From Cellvibrionales bacterium UBA1969 (lineage in GTDB: Bacteria > Pseudomonadota > Gammaproteobacteria > Pseudomonadales > UBA7434): 64,000 nucleotides of DNA. Below, piece by piece: positions 18,988 through 28,565 of this stretch. The position numbers were made by a program, and so were the translations under genes. Within the stretch, counting starts at the first letter, position 1. Each line of letters opens with the position of its first letter. Under the pieces are notes generated by a model that worked only from the letters and a program-made list of their open reading frames with translations, searched no databases and was not told the DNA's origin. The stretch is taken from positions 26,525-90,524 of the forward strand of contig DDDX01000060.1 in NCBI GenBank assembly GCA_002339085.1, given 5' to 3'.

Positions 18988-19854
18988 ATGTCAGACTGGA
19001 ATGGAAAAACCGCCGTCATCACTGGAGCAGGCAGCGGCATAGGATCTGCCTTAGCACAGCACTGCGCAGCACAAGGAATGCACGTTATTGCCGCCGACAT
19101 TGACCAACAAGGTTTACGCAACACGCAAAGTGATGCAAGTAAACCGGAGAAAGTCGAAATTTATACATTGGACGTTAGATCCGAAAATGCAGTGGAGTCA
19201 TTCGCTAAGCACTGCTTCAGCCAACACAGCGAAGTCAATTTGCTGTTCAATAATGCCGGCGTACTGATTGATGGTAAAAGCTGGGAACGATCAATCAAAG
19301 ATTGGCGTTGGAATTTTGATGTAAACGTGATGGGCGTAGTTAATGGCATTCATAGTTTTGTACCGAAAATGCTATCGCAAAACAGTGAGGGTAAGATCAT
19401 TAATACAGCATCTATTGGCGGTCTGTTAGCTGGCGGCACCTACTTAGCGCCTTATCAAGGCACCAAGCATGCGGTCGTTGCCATCACTGAATCGCTGCAT
19501 GCCGAATTGGCATTAGAATCAGCGCCAATAACCGCAGCGTGCCTTTGCCCAGGTGATACAGCTACAGGTATATGGGAATCTGATCGATTACGTCCCAGCG
19601 AAGAGCATAATCAATTACTTTCTGATGCTGAGCAGCAAATGCATGAGGCAGTAGCCGGCATGTGCGCCAATGGATTATCACCAGCGCAAGTCGCCACGGC
19701 AGCATTTGATGCTATCGAAAAGGATCAGTTTTGGATATTCCCGCAAGACCAATTCAAACCGATGCTGGAATTACGTATTGAGGCAATTTTGAAAGAACAA
19801 CAACCACCCTCAGCTGACCAACTTCTAGCAATCATGCTTAACAATGGCCTTTGA
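18988..19854 (+). CDS. Short-chain dehydrogenase/reductase
   Basis: 288 aa. Contains TGAGSGIGSA, NNAG and YxxxK (YQGTKHA). Confidence 0.88.
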   Translation: MSDWNGKTAVITGAGSGIGSALAQHCAAQGMHVIAADIDQQGLRNTQSDASKPEKVEIYTLDVRSENAVESFAKHCFSQHSEVNLLFNNAGVLIDGKSWERSIKDWRWNFDVNVMGVVNGIHSFVPKMLSQNSEGKIINTASIGGLLAGGTYLAPYQGTKHAVVAITESLHAELALESAPITAACLCPGDTATGIWESDRLRPSEEHNQLLSDAEQQMHEAVAGMCANGLSPAQVATAAFDAIEKDQFWIFPQDQFKPMLELRIEAILKEQQPPSADQLLAIMLNNGL

Positions 19855-19870
19855 AAAATAGGATTTAATC

Positions 19871-21808
19871 GTGAACCATGAAAACCGCTACCCTACTTTT
19901 AGGGATAATGAAGAAGCTATACGCCAAGCTTTAAATAGCGCCAGTGTGCCTGCGCTGATGTCAGCCATGATGCTAATCGATGGTGACTTTTCACGATTAA
20001 ATGGCAGTATTAAACCAGGGCAAGGCATGCTAGGTGAAGTGCAAGGCTTTATGTCAGCAGAAGATCAAGAGACGATAAGAGATGAAGCGCTCGAGGTTAT
20101 CAAAGATTACCAACGCAATAACTTTATACTGCCCGAATTGCCCTGTGAGGAAAAACTGTATCAACTGATGTGCTTCACTGCAGGTCAAGATATCCCAAAA
20201 GATTCGAGTAAAATGATGCTAGAAGAGCTGGCATTAGAAAACACTGACCCGCGCGAGGTCTGTTTAGACTCTCGATTTAAAAAACCATTGAGTGAACATG
20301 CCGTGGTGGTTATCGGTGGCGGCATGTCGGGAATATTAGCGGCTATTCGCCTAAAACAGAATAATATCCCTTATATTTTGCTTGAAAAAAATCCCGACAA
20401 AGGGGGTACTTGGTATGAGAACTCATACCCAGGTGCACGCGTCGATATACCCGCTCAAATTTATTGCTACAGTTTTGAACCCAGTAATAGCTGGCAACAG
20501 TTCTACCCACAGCAAAAAGAATTAAAAACTTATTTTGATCACTGCGTAGAAAAATATCAGCTGCAGGCTTGCATTCAGTACAACACCGAAGCCACCGCTG
20601 TCAATTGGGTTGAAAATCAAAAGCGCTGGCATATCACCACCCATAATCATCATACCGGTGAACAATCAAAACTCATTGCTAACAGCGTCATATCAGCTGT
20701 TGGTCAGCTTAACCGACCTAAAATACCAGACATTCATGGGTCAGATTCCTTTGATGGTGCACAATTCCACAGTGCACAATTTCAACATCAACATGATTTA
20801 AGAGATAAAACAGTTGCCATTATTGGCAGTGGCGCCAGTGCTTTTCAGTTAGCGCCTGAAATTGCAAAAGTGGCAAAAAAAATGAAAGTTTTTCAACGCT
20901 CGCCTGCATGGATGTTTCCCAACCCAGGCTACCATGATGATATTGACTCTGGTACACAGTGGTTGTTAACTCACATTCCCTTCTATGATCGTTTTTATCG
21001 ATTCTTACTTTTCTGGGTATCCGCCGATGCCTTGCTACCAACCTTAATAAGAGATGAAGATTGGCCCGATCAAGAGCGTTCAATCAATGCCGCTAATGAC
21101 ATGTACCGTGAGCATGCCACTGAGTGGATCAAGAGCCAGGTTAAAGACCCCGAGTTATTAAACAAGGTAGTCCCGCGTTATCCGCCCTTCGTAAAGCGTA
21201 TTTTACAAGACAATGGCAGCTGGCTAGCTGCTTTACAACAACCCCATGTTGAATTAATTACTGATAATATTAAAGCCATAGATGCAACAGGCATTCATCA
21301 TCAATCGGCTTCTGAAGCACTGCATACCGAGGTTGATGTGATTATTTATGCGACCGGATTTCATGCTAATAAATGGCTTTACCCGATGAATATTACTGGC
21401 AGAAATAATCAATCATTGAATACCCTATGGGGCGACAATCCAAAAGCCTATTTAGGTATTACTGTGCCTGAATTTCCCAACTTCTATTGTATGTATGGGC
21501 CAAATACTAACTTAGCACATGCAGGCACACTCTTTTTCAATTCTGAATGCCAAATTCGCTACATATTAAAGTGTATCGAGCTTCAAGTTAGCGCCAATGC
21601 CGATACTATTGAAATCAAATCAGAAGTGAATGAAGCCTATAACCAACGCGTACAACATGAGTTTTCCAAAACAGTCTGGGTTCACGAAGGCGCCGGCAGT
21701 TGGTATAAAAACTCACAAGGTCACATCACCACAAATACCCCTTGGCGATTAGCCGACTATTGGCAATGGACCTTAGCGCCAGAGGCAGAGCAATTTACTG
21801 TTCAGTAA
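19871..21808 (+). CDS. Class B flavoprotein monooxygenase (Baeyer-Villiger/FMO type) with long N-terminal extension
   Basis: 645 aa, GTG start. The first Rossmann motif GGGMSG begins only at residue 149, and the second is GSGASAF. The fingerprint FDGAQFHSAQF lies at residues 294-304. Confidence 0.85.
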   Translation: MNHENRYPTFRDNEEAIRQALNSASVPALMSAMMLIDGDFSRLNGSIKPGQGMLGEVQGFMSAEDQETIRDEALEVIKDYQRNNFILPELPCEEKLYQLMCFTAGQDIPKDSSKMMLEELALENTDPREVCLDSRFKKPLSEHAVVVIGGGMSGILAAIRLKQNNIPYILLEKNPDKGGTWYENSYPGARVDIPAQIYCYSFEPSNSWQQFYPQQKELKTYFDHCVEKYQLQACIQYNTEATAVNWVENQKRWHITTHNHHTGEQSKLIANSVISAVGQLNRPKIPDIHGSDSFDGAQFHSAQFQHQHDLRDKTVAIIGSGASAFQLAPEIAKVAKKMKVFQRSPAWMFPNPGYHDDIDSGTQWLLTHIPFYDRFYRFLLFWVSADALLPTLIRDEDWPDQERSINAANDMYREHATEWIKSQVKDPELLNKVVPRYPPFVKRILQDNGSWLAALQQPHVELITDNIKAIDATGIHHQSASEALHTEVDVIIYATGFHANKWLYPMNITGRNNQSLNTLWGDNPKAYLGITVPEFPNFYCMYGPNTNLAHAGTLFFNSECQIRYILKCIELQVSANADTIEIKSEVNEAYNQRVQHEFSKTVWVHEGAGSWYKNSQGHITTNTPWRLADYWQWTLAPEAEQFTVQ

Positions 21809-21839
21809 TAATATTACTTATCCTGCATGGAGAAATACT

Positions 21840-22637
21840 ATGAACATACCATTACAGCAACAACTAGCAGGGCAAACAGCCATTATCACTGGTGGGGCTG
21901 GTGGCATCGGTAGAGCAACCGCTGCCAGACTGATAAGTGAGGGTGCGCAAGTGGTGATTACTGATATTAATAACGATGCTGGTCATGCGGCCGCTAAAAT
22001 GCTGGGAGATCAAGCTTTATTTGTTCAGCATGACGTGACCCAAGCTAGCCAATGGCAAAATGTTATTGATCACACTATTTCAGCTTACGGCAATCTTAAC
22101 ATTCTGGTTAACAACGCAGGCGTGTGTATATTTAATGGTTTATTGGACTATTCCTTAGAGGAAATTCAGACTACCTTAAACATTAATTTGCTGTCCGTGA
22201 TGCTGGGAACTCAAGCCGCGGCACCGCATATTTTCAAAGCCGGTGGCGGCGCCATTATTAATATGTCATCGTCAGAAGGTTTGTCTTCTGTGAATGGCTT
22301 ATCGGCATATATTGCATCAAAATGGGCGGTGCGTGGTTACACCAAGGCATCGGCGATGGAGTTAGGGCCTTTGGGTATTCGCGTTAATTCGGTTCACCCT
22401 GGTGGAGTGAATACTCCGATGGCCAATCCAACCGCATTGGAGAAAACTGAATTTGATGAGCCTTATAAAAAATATCCCGCTCAACACGGTGCCGAACCTG
22501 AAAACATTGCCAGCGTGGTTGCGTTTTTAGCCAGCGCAGATGCTGTGCATTGCATGGGGGCAGAAATAGCCGTTGACGGAGGCATGACGACGGGCAAATA
22601 CATCGACTTTTTACCCGGCTCACCTAACCCCGTATAA
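21840..22637 (+). CDS. Short-chain dehydrogenase/reductase, 3-alpha(20-beta)-hydroxysteroid-dehydrogenase-like
   Basis: 265 aa. Contains TGGAGGIGRA, NNAG, YIASKWAVRG and HPGGVNTPM. It is a paralogue of the SDR at 51812-52594. Confidence 0.88.
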   Translation: MNIPLQQQLAGQTAIITGGAGGIGRATAARLISEGAQVVITDINNDAGHAAAKMLGDQALFVQHDVTQASQWQNVIDHTISAYGNLNILVNNAGVCIFNGLLDYSLEEIQTTLNINLLSVMLGTQAAAPHIFKAGGGAIINMSSSEGLSSVNGLSAYIASKWAVRGYTKASAMELGPLGIRVNSVHPGGVNTPMANPTALEKTEFDEPYKKYPAQHGAEPENIASVVAFLASADAVHCMGAEIAVDGGMTTGKYIDFLPGSPNPV

Positions 22638-22658
22638 AAAATTTCAGAATTGGATCAG

Positions 22659-23138
22659 TTAAGGGTTGAGAAGTTGGACTGAATCGCTCCGCCTAATGAT
22701 GCCACCCTTGGTGATTTTAGCGCATAAACCGCCATGACCTAACATCGCAGCAAAACCGCCTTGGCCCAGCACCTGCTCCATTCGCGAGCAAGGGTCGCAT
22801 AAGGCATTTGTTTCAACTTCGGCTTCACCGATACGAAGCCGTTGATGTCGAATCGCAGTTAAGTTAATACCACTGACGACTAAGTTTCTTCGTAGCATAG
22901 CCGGCACTACCGGTTGATGGTCGCCAAAAATATCGCCCTGACCTTGACCACGACGCAACGCCATGAAATATTCTATTTGAGCAATATATTCTTCACTAAT
23001 AATAGTGATTTGCCGAGCTGAACCCGGCTTACCTTGACAACGTCGATCGCCTTCCAAGCCCAAACCCTCAACCGCGAGAACCTGCTCAACCTCAAGCATT
23101 GGAACTTTTCTAGCGGGTCGAAGACCAATCCAATTCAA
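22659..23138 (-). CDS. MOSC-domain protein
   Basis: 159 aa. The EGLGLEGDRR...RQITIISEE and C-terminal CxxC-like (LCDPCSRM) pattern is typical of small MOSC proteins. Only a TTG start is available. Confidence 0.7.
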   Translation of the reverse strand: MNWIGLRPARKVPMLEVEQVLAVEGLGLEGDRRCQGKPGSARQITIISEEYIAQIEYFMALRRGQGQGDIFGDHQPVVPAMLRRNLVVSGINLTAIRHQRLRIGEAEVETNALCDPCSRMEQVLGQGGFAAMLGHGGLCAKITKGGIIRRSDSVQLLNP

Positions 23139-23222
23139 CTGACCTGCTGGTAAATGCTTAGTATAAGTACGAACAAGTTGGTAGTGGCTATTAATTGACT
23201 TAAATCCTCTCGCGCGACTCTT

Positions 23223-24335
23223 CTATCGAATTAAACCATAACGATCATTCAACACATCAAGAATTTCTGCTTGCGGGTTGTCTGACTGCGGCAGAGAATG
23301 GCCAATAATTTTCTCAGCTAGTCCAACATAAGTCGATGAGACTTCCATTAACACCGCCTCTGGAAGCTCGTTATCTTTAGCTAGAGCGGTACGCTCAGTC
23401 ATGCGATCTTTATTCAATAAAATGTCTGAATCAGGGAAATGATTTAATAACAATTGGCGAAATGCTTCTTTAGAATTTTCAACCACCTTGCCCTGCCGAA
23501 ATTGCTCGCCGTCCCACATTCGCGATGAATCAGGCGTACCGACTTCATCCATGTAAATCAGTTTATCGTTTCCTTTAGCATCTTTGACATAACCAAATTC
23601 AAATTTAGTGTCGACAAAAATCTGGTCAAGCTTCTCTAAAGCGGAACTAATCACTTCAAAACCTTCACGCAACAGTGTTTCGTAATGGTCAATATCACTG
23701 GCTTGCTGAAATTTAAACGCCGAAATATTCTGTTCAATATCGGCTCTTGTGACATTCACATCATCGACTTCTGGAACGCCAGGAATACCTTGCAAAATAC
23801 CCTTAGTAGACGGCGTGATTAATAATTCAGATAATTTTTGATCGCGGGTTAAGCCTTCAGGTAATTGAATGCCACAAAACGTTCGCTCCCCTTTACTGTA
23901 AGATCGCCACATCGAGCCAGTGATATATTGACGCGCAATCGCTTCAATCATAACCGGTCTTGCTTTCTGGACAATCCAAACTAAGGGGTGAGGTACCGCT
24001 AAAATATGGCTATCGGCTAAACCTTGCTGACGAAATAAATTAAACCAATGATTAGAGATGGCATTTAATGAAGCACCCTTGCCCGGCACACCGGCCATAC
24101 CACCCTCGCCTTGCCAAATACATTCAAAGGCTGAAATACGATCACTGATCACCATCACAGCCAACTCTGAATCGGGCGCCACATCATAGTCTTCACTCGC
24201 GATAAGTCTCTGACTGTCGGCTTGACTCAGCCAATAAACAGAACGAACCTTGCCACTGTGGACAGGCAGTTCAGTTTGAATAGGAAGATGATTACTAACG
24301 GCTAAAACACGATCAGCAGAAGAAGATAGGCTCAT
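23223..24335 (-). CDS. purC: Phosphoribosylaminoimidazole-succinocarboxamide (SAICAR) synthase, long form
   Basis: 370 aa. Contains [13 protein letters not shown] and [16 protein letters not shown] motifs of the long PurC found in Pseudomonas-like bacteria. Confidence 0.88.
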   Translation of the reverse strand: MSLSSSADRVLAVSNHLPIQTELPVHSGKVRSVYWLSQADSQRLIASEDYDVAPDSELAVMVISDRISAFECIWQGEGGMAGVPGKGASLNAISNHWFNLFRQQGLADSHILAVPHPLVWIVQKARPVMIEAIARQYITGSMWRSYSKGERTFCGIQLPEGLTRDQKLSELLITPSTKGILQGIPGVPEVDDVNVTRADIEQNISAFKFQQASDIDHYETLLREGFEVISSALEKLDQIFVDTKFEFGYVKDAKGNDKLIYMDEVGTPDSSRMWDGEQFRQGKVVENSKEAFRQLLLNHFPDSDILLNKDRMTERTALAKDNELPEAVLMEVSSTYVGLAEKIIGHSLPQSDNPQAEILDVLNDRYGLIR

Positions 24336-24601
24336 AAGATTTTTCTCGAAAGGCTAAAAAACCAATAATTATAAATCAGCTGAGCGCTATGCACTAGAGA
24401 GTATTGGTGAAAATTGGTCTCATTATCCGGTTTTTGTGCCCTCTGAGCAAAAAGTGGAGAACTTAGGTGGGTTACAAGCTGTCAATCTACCTATTACCAC
24501 GATAGTCAATACTGGAATTAGCAAAGTATAATAAAATTCTTGGCAGAGAAATATTAATCCCTTCACCTCGGTTATTTACTAATTAGATAATAGGAAACAT
24601 T

Positions 24602-25510
24602 ATGAGCGTTGCAAACTTAGCTTACATTCATATTAGCGAAACAGAACAAGGCTCATGGAGCAATTTTGGTGCAAATATCCTAGGTCTCATGCCCATTGAA
24701 CGGCCCGACTTCAATGATCACAGTTTTCTTAAAATGGATTACGCGCCGTTTAGAATATTAGTCTCAACTGCAGAACAAGGCCAAATGCTTGGCTGTGGCT
24801 GGGATATGGGCAGTAAAGAAAATTATCAAGCCATGATTGCTAAGCTCGAAGCGGCTAACGCCACGGTTACTGCTGGCGATGCACAAGGGGCTAAGTTACG
24901 CTGCGTCACCGAGTACGCTAGCTCTAACGACCCTTCAGGCAACCCCTTTGAAATATTTTACGGCCGAACGACAACGGTCGAATGCGATGTGCCATTTGTA
25001 TCGCCAGTAGGCATCGATAAATTTGTCACCGGAGATATGGGCTTGGGCCATGCTGTCATACCCGCACCATTGACCGAAGAAACGCATGCATTTTATATTG
25101 ATACCATGGGCTTCGGCATGAGCGATGATTTACGTATGCCGCCGCCTGCTGATGGGGCACCTGAATTACGTATTATTTTTATGCATGCCAGCAACTCACG
25201 GCACCATAGTTTGGCGCTAGCCAACTTCCCCCACCCGGTCGGCATCGTGCATATGATGTTTGAAGTCACCAGCATTGATGAAGTTGGGGCTTGTCTCGAT
25301 CGCGTTAATCAAGCGAATGTGCCTATTATGTCTACCCTAGGCAGGCACTGTAATGACAACATGCTGAGCTTTTACTCAGTGGGCCCTGGAGGTATAGCTG
25401 TCGAATTTGGCTACGATGGATTACAAATTGATGACTGGAGTCAATTCCCTCCCACCGAATCGACAGAGGGTGATTTTTGGGGGCATGCTTATCAGCCCAT
25501 GCCAACTTAA
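24602..25510 (+). CDS. Type I extradiol ring-cleavage dioxygenase, HsaC/BphC-like
   Basis: 302 aa. Aligns with remembered M. tuberculosis HsaC at FVTGDMGLGHAV, RHHSLA and GIVHMMFEV..IDEVG.CLDR....VP.MSTLGRH.ND.MLSFY..GPGG...EFG. Confidence 0.85.
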   Translation: MSVANLAYIHISETEQGSWSNFGANILGLMPIERPDFNDHSFLKMDYAPFRILVSTAEQGQMLGCGWDMGSKENYQAMIAKLEAANATVTAGDAQGAKLRCVTEYASSNDPSGNPFEIFYGRTTTVECDVPFVSPVGIDKFVTGDMGLGHAVIPAPLTEETHAFYIDTMGFGMSDDLRMPPPADGAPELRIIFMHASNSRHHSLALANFPHPVGIVHMMFEVTSIDEVGACLDRVNQANVPIMSTLGRHCNDNMLSFYSVGPGGIAVEFGYDGLQIDDWSQFPPTESTEGDFWGHAYQPMPT

Positions 25511-25531
25511 TTGACGCTGAGAGGCGCTTTT

Positions 25532-27202
25532 ATGTGGCAAAAACCGTTACTACTGACTTCAACGGAAAAAGGACAGGCAAAAATCCTTCAACACAATGCT
25601 TTAGTCTATATATTCTTGGTGTTTTTTTTAAGTAGCGCCGCCATAGCTGAACCAAAAAAAGATTTATCCTCCCAACAACTAGAAGACAGTCGAGATGCCT
25701 GGGTTCCCAGCGACAAAATTGGCGAACTGTATTTGGCACAGTGCAGCGTTTGCCATGGTAATAATCTAGAGGGCAAAGCTATTGGCCCACCTTTAGTTAA
25801 CAATGCCCTCCTTCACGGCGAAAGCCTTGATCGTTTGATAAAAAATATTAGCGACGGCTTCATCAATAGTGGTATGCCGGCTTGGAAAAAAAGCTTAACT
25901 CAAAATCAAATAAAAGCCTTAGCCGTCTATATCTTAGAAAAGCGAACAACTAAAGGGCTTGATGCCATTCTCGGTGTCGGCACACGACCACAAATCCCAA
26001 ATACTATCCAAACTACTGAACAACACAAATTAACACTCAAAAAAATTCATGATGGTTTAACCCACCCCTATGCCATAGCGCCTTTAAATAACGGAAATAT
26101 TTTAATCAGTGAAAAAGCCATAGGCTTAAGTCTACTAAGCGACGATGGAAAAACTAAAACACTCATCAAAAATACGCCAAAAGTATTTAATGATGGTATC
26201 GTGCGTGGCTCTACTTATACGGGCAGTGGCTGGTTGCACGATGTTGAGATTCACCCTCAATATAAAGATAACGGCTGGATATATCTCTCTCATGGTCATC
26301 GCTGCGAAAAATGTAATACTCTAAGTCAGCAAACAAATGAACCTGTTGTTATGGTTCAATTAGTTCGTGGTCGCATTGTAGGCGACCAGTGGGTTGATCA
26401 AGAAATTATTTGGCGAGCCAAGCCTGAGGCCTATATTAACGGTGCTGAAGTTGGTATGGGTGCAAGAATAGCTTTTGACAACGCAGGCTACGTCTATTTA
26501 ACCCTTGGTAATATGCTGGCCAATTATGCTGGCGCTCAAGATTTAGATAAACCCTTTGGGAAAATACTTCGACTGCATGATGATGGTCGCATCCCCTCTG
26601 ACAATCCATTTTTTGACAACAAAAAAGCTTTGCCTTCGATTTGGACTTTGGGTCATCGCAACCCCCAAGGTATTAGTTTTGACAAAAAACAAAATGTCCT
26701 TTGGCAAAGTGAACATGGCCCTCGTGGCGGGGATGAAGCAAACGTGCTGCTGCCAGGCCGAAATTATGGCTGGCCATTAGTGAGCCTTGGCCTAGATTAT
26801 GATGGTGCTCCCATTCATTACGGTGAACAATTAGGTATAAAGTTTGATCCAAAAAATTTAACCCCGACTAAAATTGACTGGACCCCTTCCCTCGGTGTTT
26901 CAAGCATTGCTTTTTATCAACTGAAAGACTCAGACGGTTTTGATAATATCAATGAAGCTTCTACTTATTTCTCAAAATGGCAAAATGACTTACTCGTTGC
27001 CACCTTAGCTAGCAACGATTTACTGAGAGTCACGACTGATAAAGATGAGATCATAAATACTGAAATTATCGTCAAAGATATTGGCCGCATTAGGGATGTT
27101 GAGCCAGGCTGGAATGGTGAGATATATCTATTATTAGAACACTCAACTGGCAGTACTATTATTATCATGCAGCAAGCAGACCAACCCAAGAAGGCGTCAT
27201 AA
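25532..27202 (+). CDS. Periplasmic cytochrome c domain fused to a PQQ-dependent (soluble glucose/sorbosone dehydrogenase-type) beta-propeller
   Basis: A hydrophobic leader (VYIFLVFFLSSAAIA) is followed by the heme motif CSVCHG and then the GSDH-like region (WTLGHRNPQGISFD, GPRGGDE, NYGWP). I chose ATG 25532, preceded by GAGAGG. The track ORF starts at 25511, immediately after the upstream stop. Confidence 0.78.
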   Translation: MWQKPLLLTSTEKGQAKILQHNALVYIFLVFFLSSAAIAEPKKDLSSQQLEDSRDAWVPSDKIGELYLAQCSVCHGNNLEGKAIGPPLVNNALLHGESLDRLIKNISDGFINSGMPAWKKSLTQNQIKALAVYILEKRTTKGLDAILGVGTRPQIPNTIQTTEQHKLTLKKIHDGLTHPYAIAPLNNGNILISEKAIGLSLLSDDGKTKTLIKNTPKVFNDGIVRGSTYTGSGWLHDVEIHPQYKDNGWIYLSHGHRCEKCNTLSQQTNEPVVMVQLVRGRIVGDQWVDQEIIWRAKPEAYINGAEVGMGARIAFDNAGYVYLTLGNMLANYAGAQDLDKPFGKILRLHDDGRIPSDNPFFDNKKALPSIWTLGHRNPQGISFDKKQNVLWQSEHGPRGGDEANVLLPGRNYGWPLVSLGLDYDGAPIHYGEQLGIKFDPKNLTPTKIDWTPSLGVSSIAFYQLKDSDGFDNINEASTYFSKWQNDLLVATLASNDLLRVTTDKDEIINTEIIVKDIGRIRDVEPGWNGEIYLLLEHSTGSTIIIMQQADQPKKAS

Positions 27203-27203
27203 A

Positions 27204-27617
27204 ATGTCAATAGAAAAACAAAAAAAATTTATAACAAAATTTATTAACGCCATGAGTGAGGGTGATAGCGATGCCATTATCAACGCTTATCACCCAGAGG
27301 GTCGCGTAGAAACTATGGGCAATACTTTAATTTCTGGCAGTCGTGGCCTCGATGAAATTAAAAGCTTCGCCCCCGCAGTTCTAGAATCTTTTCCAAATAA
27401 ACTTACATTCACCATTAAAAATATTACCGCTGAGGATAACCGTGTTGCAGTAGAAGCCGAATCGAGTGGTGAGCATATTTCAGGCAAACATTATAATAAC
27501 CAATACCATTTTTTGTTTGAGCTAAAAGACGAAAAAATTTACCGGCTAAAAGAATATATGGACACTGAATTGGTTACTGATATTCTCTGTGGCGGTCAAA
27601 GACCAAATCAATCGTAA
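27204..27617 (+). CDS. SnoaL/NTF2-like fold protein (ketosteroid-isomerase-like size and fold)
   Basis: 137 aa with no TM segment. The pattern matches SnoaL-like polyketide-cyclase/KSI-type small alpha+beta barrels. The fold call is by resemblance only. Confidence 0.6.
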   Translation: MSIEKQKKFITKFINAMSEGDSDAIINAYHPEGRVETMGNTLISGSRGLDEIKSFAPAVLESFPNKLTFTIKNITAEDNRVAVEAESSGEHISGKHYNNQYHFLFELKDEKIYRLKEYMDTELVTDILCGGQRPNQS

Positions 27618-27652
27618 CCCTCAGTAAATTAGGCATATAAAAAGGATAGATC

Positions 27653-28531
27653 ATGGCACTAAAAAAAAATCGAGTCGTATTAGTCACTGGCGGTAGCCGC
27701 GGAGTAGGTAAAGGAACGGCACTAGCACTCGGCGCAACAGGTGCCACTGTTTATGTATCGGGTCGCTCGAGCAGTGATGGCCAAACAACTGCCCTACCTG
27801 GCAATATCCATACCACTGCTGAAGAGATTACCGCCAGAGGGGGTAAGGGGATTGCTGTTATTTGCGATCACACAGATGACCAACAAATTGCAGCCTTGAT
27901 TGATCAGATTATTGACGAGCAGGGACGAATTGATATTCTAGTTAATAATGTTTACCAAGTCCCTGATGATATGCTTGAATGGCAACCCTTCTGGAAACGT
28001 CCCCTCGATGATCACTGGCAAGCAATGATTGATTTAGGTCTGCGCGCACATTACGTTGCCAGTTACTACGCCGCGCCTCATATGATCAAACAAGCAGCCG
28101 GTATGATTGTCAACATTTCATCACCCGGTGCTCGATGTTATCTTCACTCGGTCATTTATGGCGTGGGGAAGGCCGGCAAAGATAAAATGATGCACGACAT
28201 GGCTAAAGAGTTACGTGAATACAATGTTGCTGCCCTCGCTATTTGGCCCGGCATTGTTAAAACCGAACGCTTAGCTCCCGCCATTGAAGCTGACGCACTG
28301 CCAGACGAATACGAACCATTAAAGCCCGGAATGGAATCGCCAGAATACCCTGGAAGAATTATCGATGCGATTGCAAAAGCCGATAATTATATGGATTACT
28401 CAGGTCGCTCATGGTGGAACTCCGAACTGGGTAATGAATTAGACATTCAAGACATTGACGGTGCGCAACCCATGTCTTATGCACCCTTTATGGGTGAGCC
28501 AGGCATTCCACCTGAAGCAATGGTAAAATAG
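27653..28531 (+). CDS. Short-chain dehydrogenase/reductase
   Basis: 292 aa. Contains TGGSRGVGKG, NNV and YGVGKAG. Confidence 0.85.
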   Translation: MALKKNRVVLVTGGSRGVGKGTALALGATGATVYVSGRSSSDGQTTALPGNIHTTAEEITARGGKGIAVICDHTDDQQIAALIDQIIDEQGRIDILVNNVYQVPDDMLEWQPFWKRPLDDHWQAMIDLGLRAHYVASYYAAPHMIKQAAGMIVNISSPGARCYLHSVIYGVGKAGKDKMMHDMAKELREYNVAALAIWPGIVKTERLAPAIEADALPDEYEPLKPGMESPEYPGRIIDAIAKADNYMDYSGRSWWNSELGNELDIQDIDGAQPMSYAPFMGEPGIPPEAMVK

Positions 28532-28565
28532 AACTTTAGCGATGATATTCAAGGCATAATGAGCA

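Noticed and set aside
23139-23225. The purC TAG stop is followed in the same frame by 28 sense codons running into the MOSC ORF, which has only a TTG start. This could suggest read-through or a fusion.
   Set aside because: An in-frame, stop-free 84-nt spacer is not statistically unusual. The MOSC N-terminus aligns with stand-alone MOSC proteins from the TTG onward.
24410-24422. 13-nt identical motif AAAATTGGTCTCA upstream of the HsaC-like cassette and again at 39303-39315 upstream of the RND operon, each preceded by TGAAAATTG
   Set aside because: The match is only borderline above chance for AT-rich intergenic DNA. It is not palindromic and no regulator is available to bind it. It is worth a motif search but is not supportable as a site.
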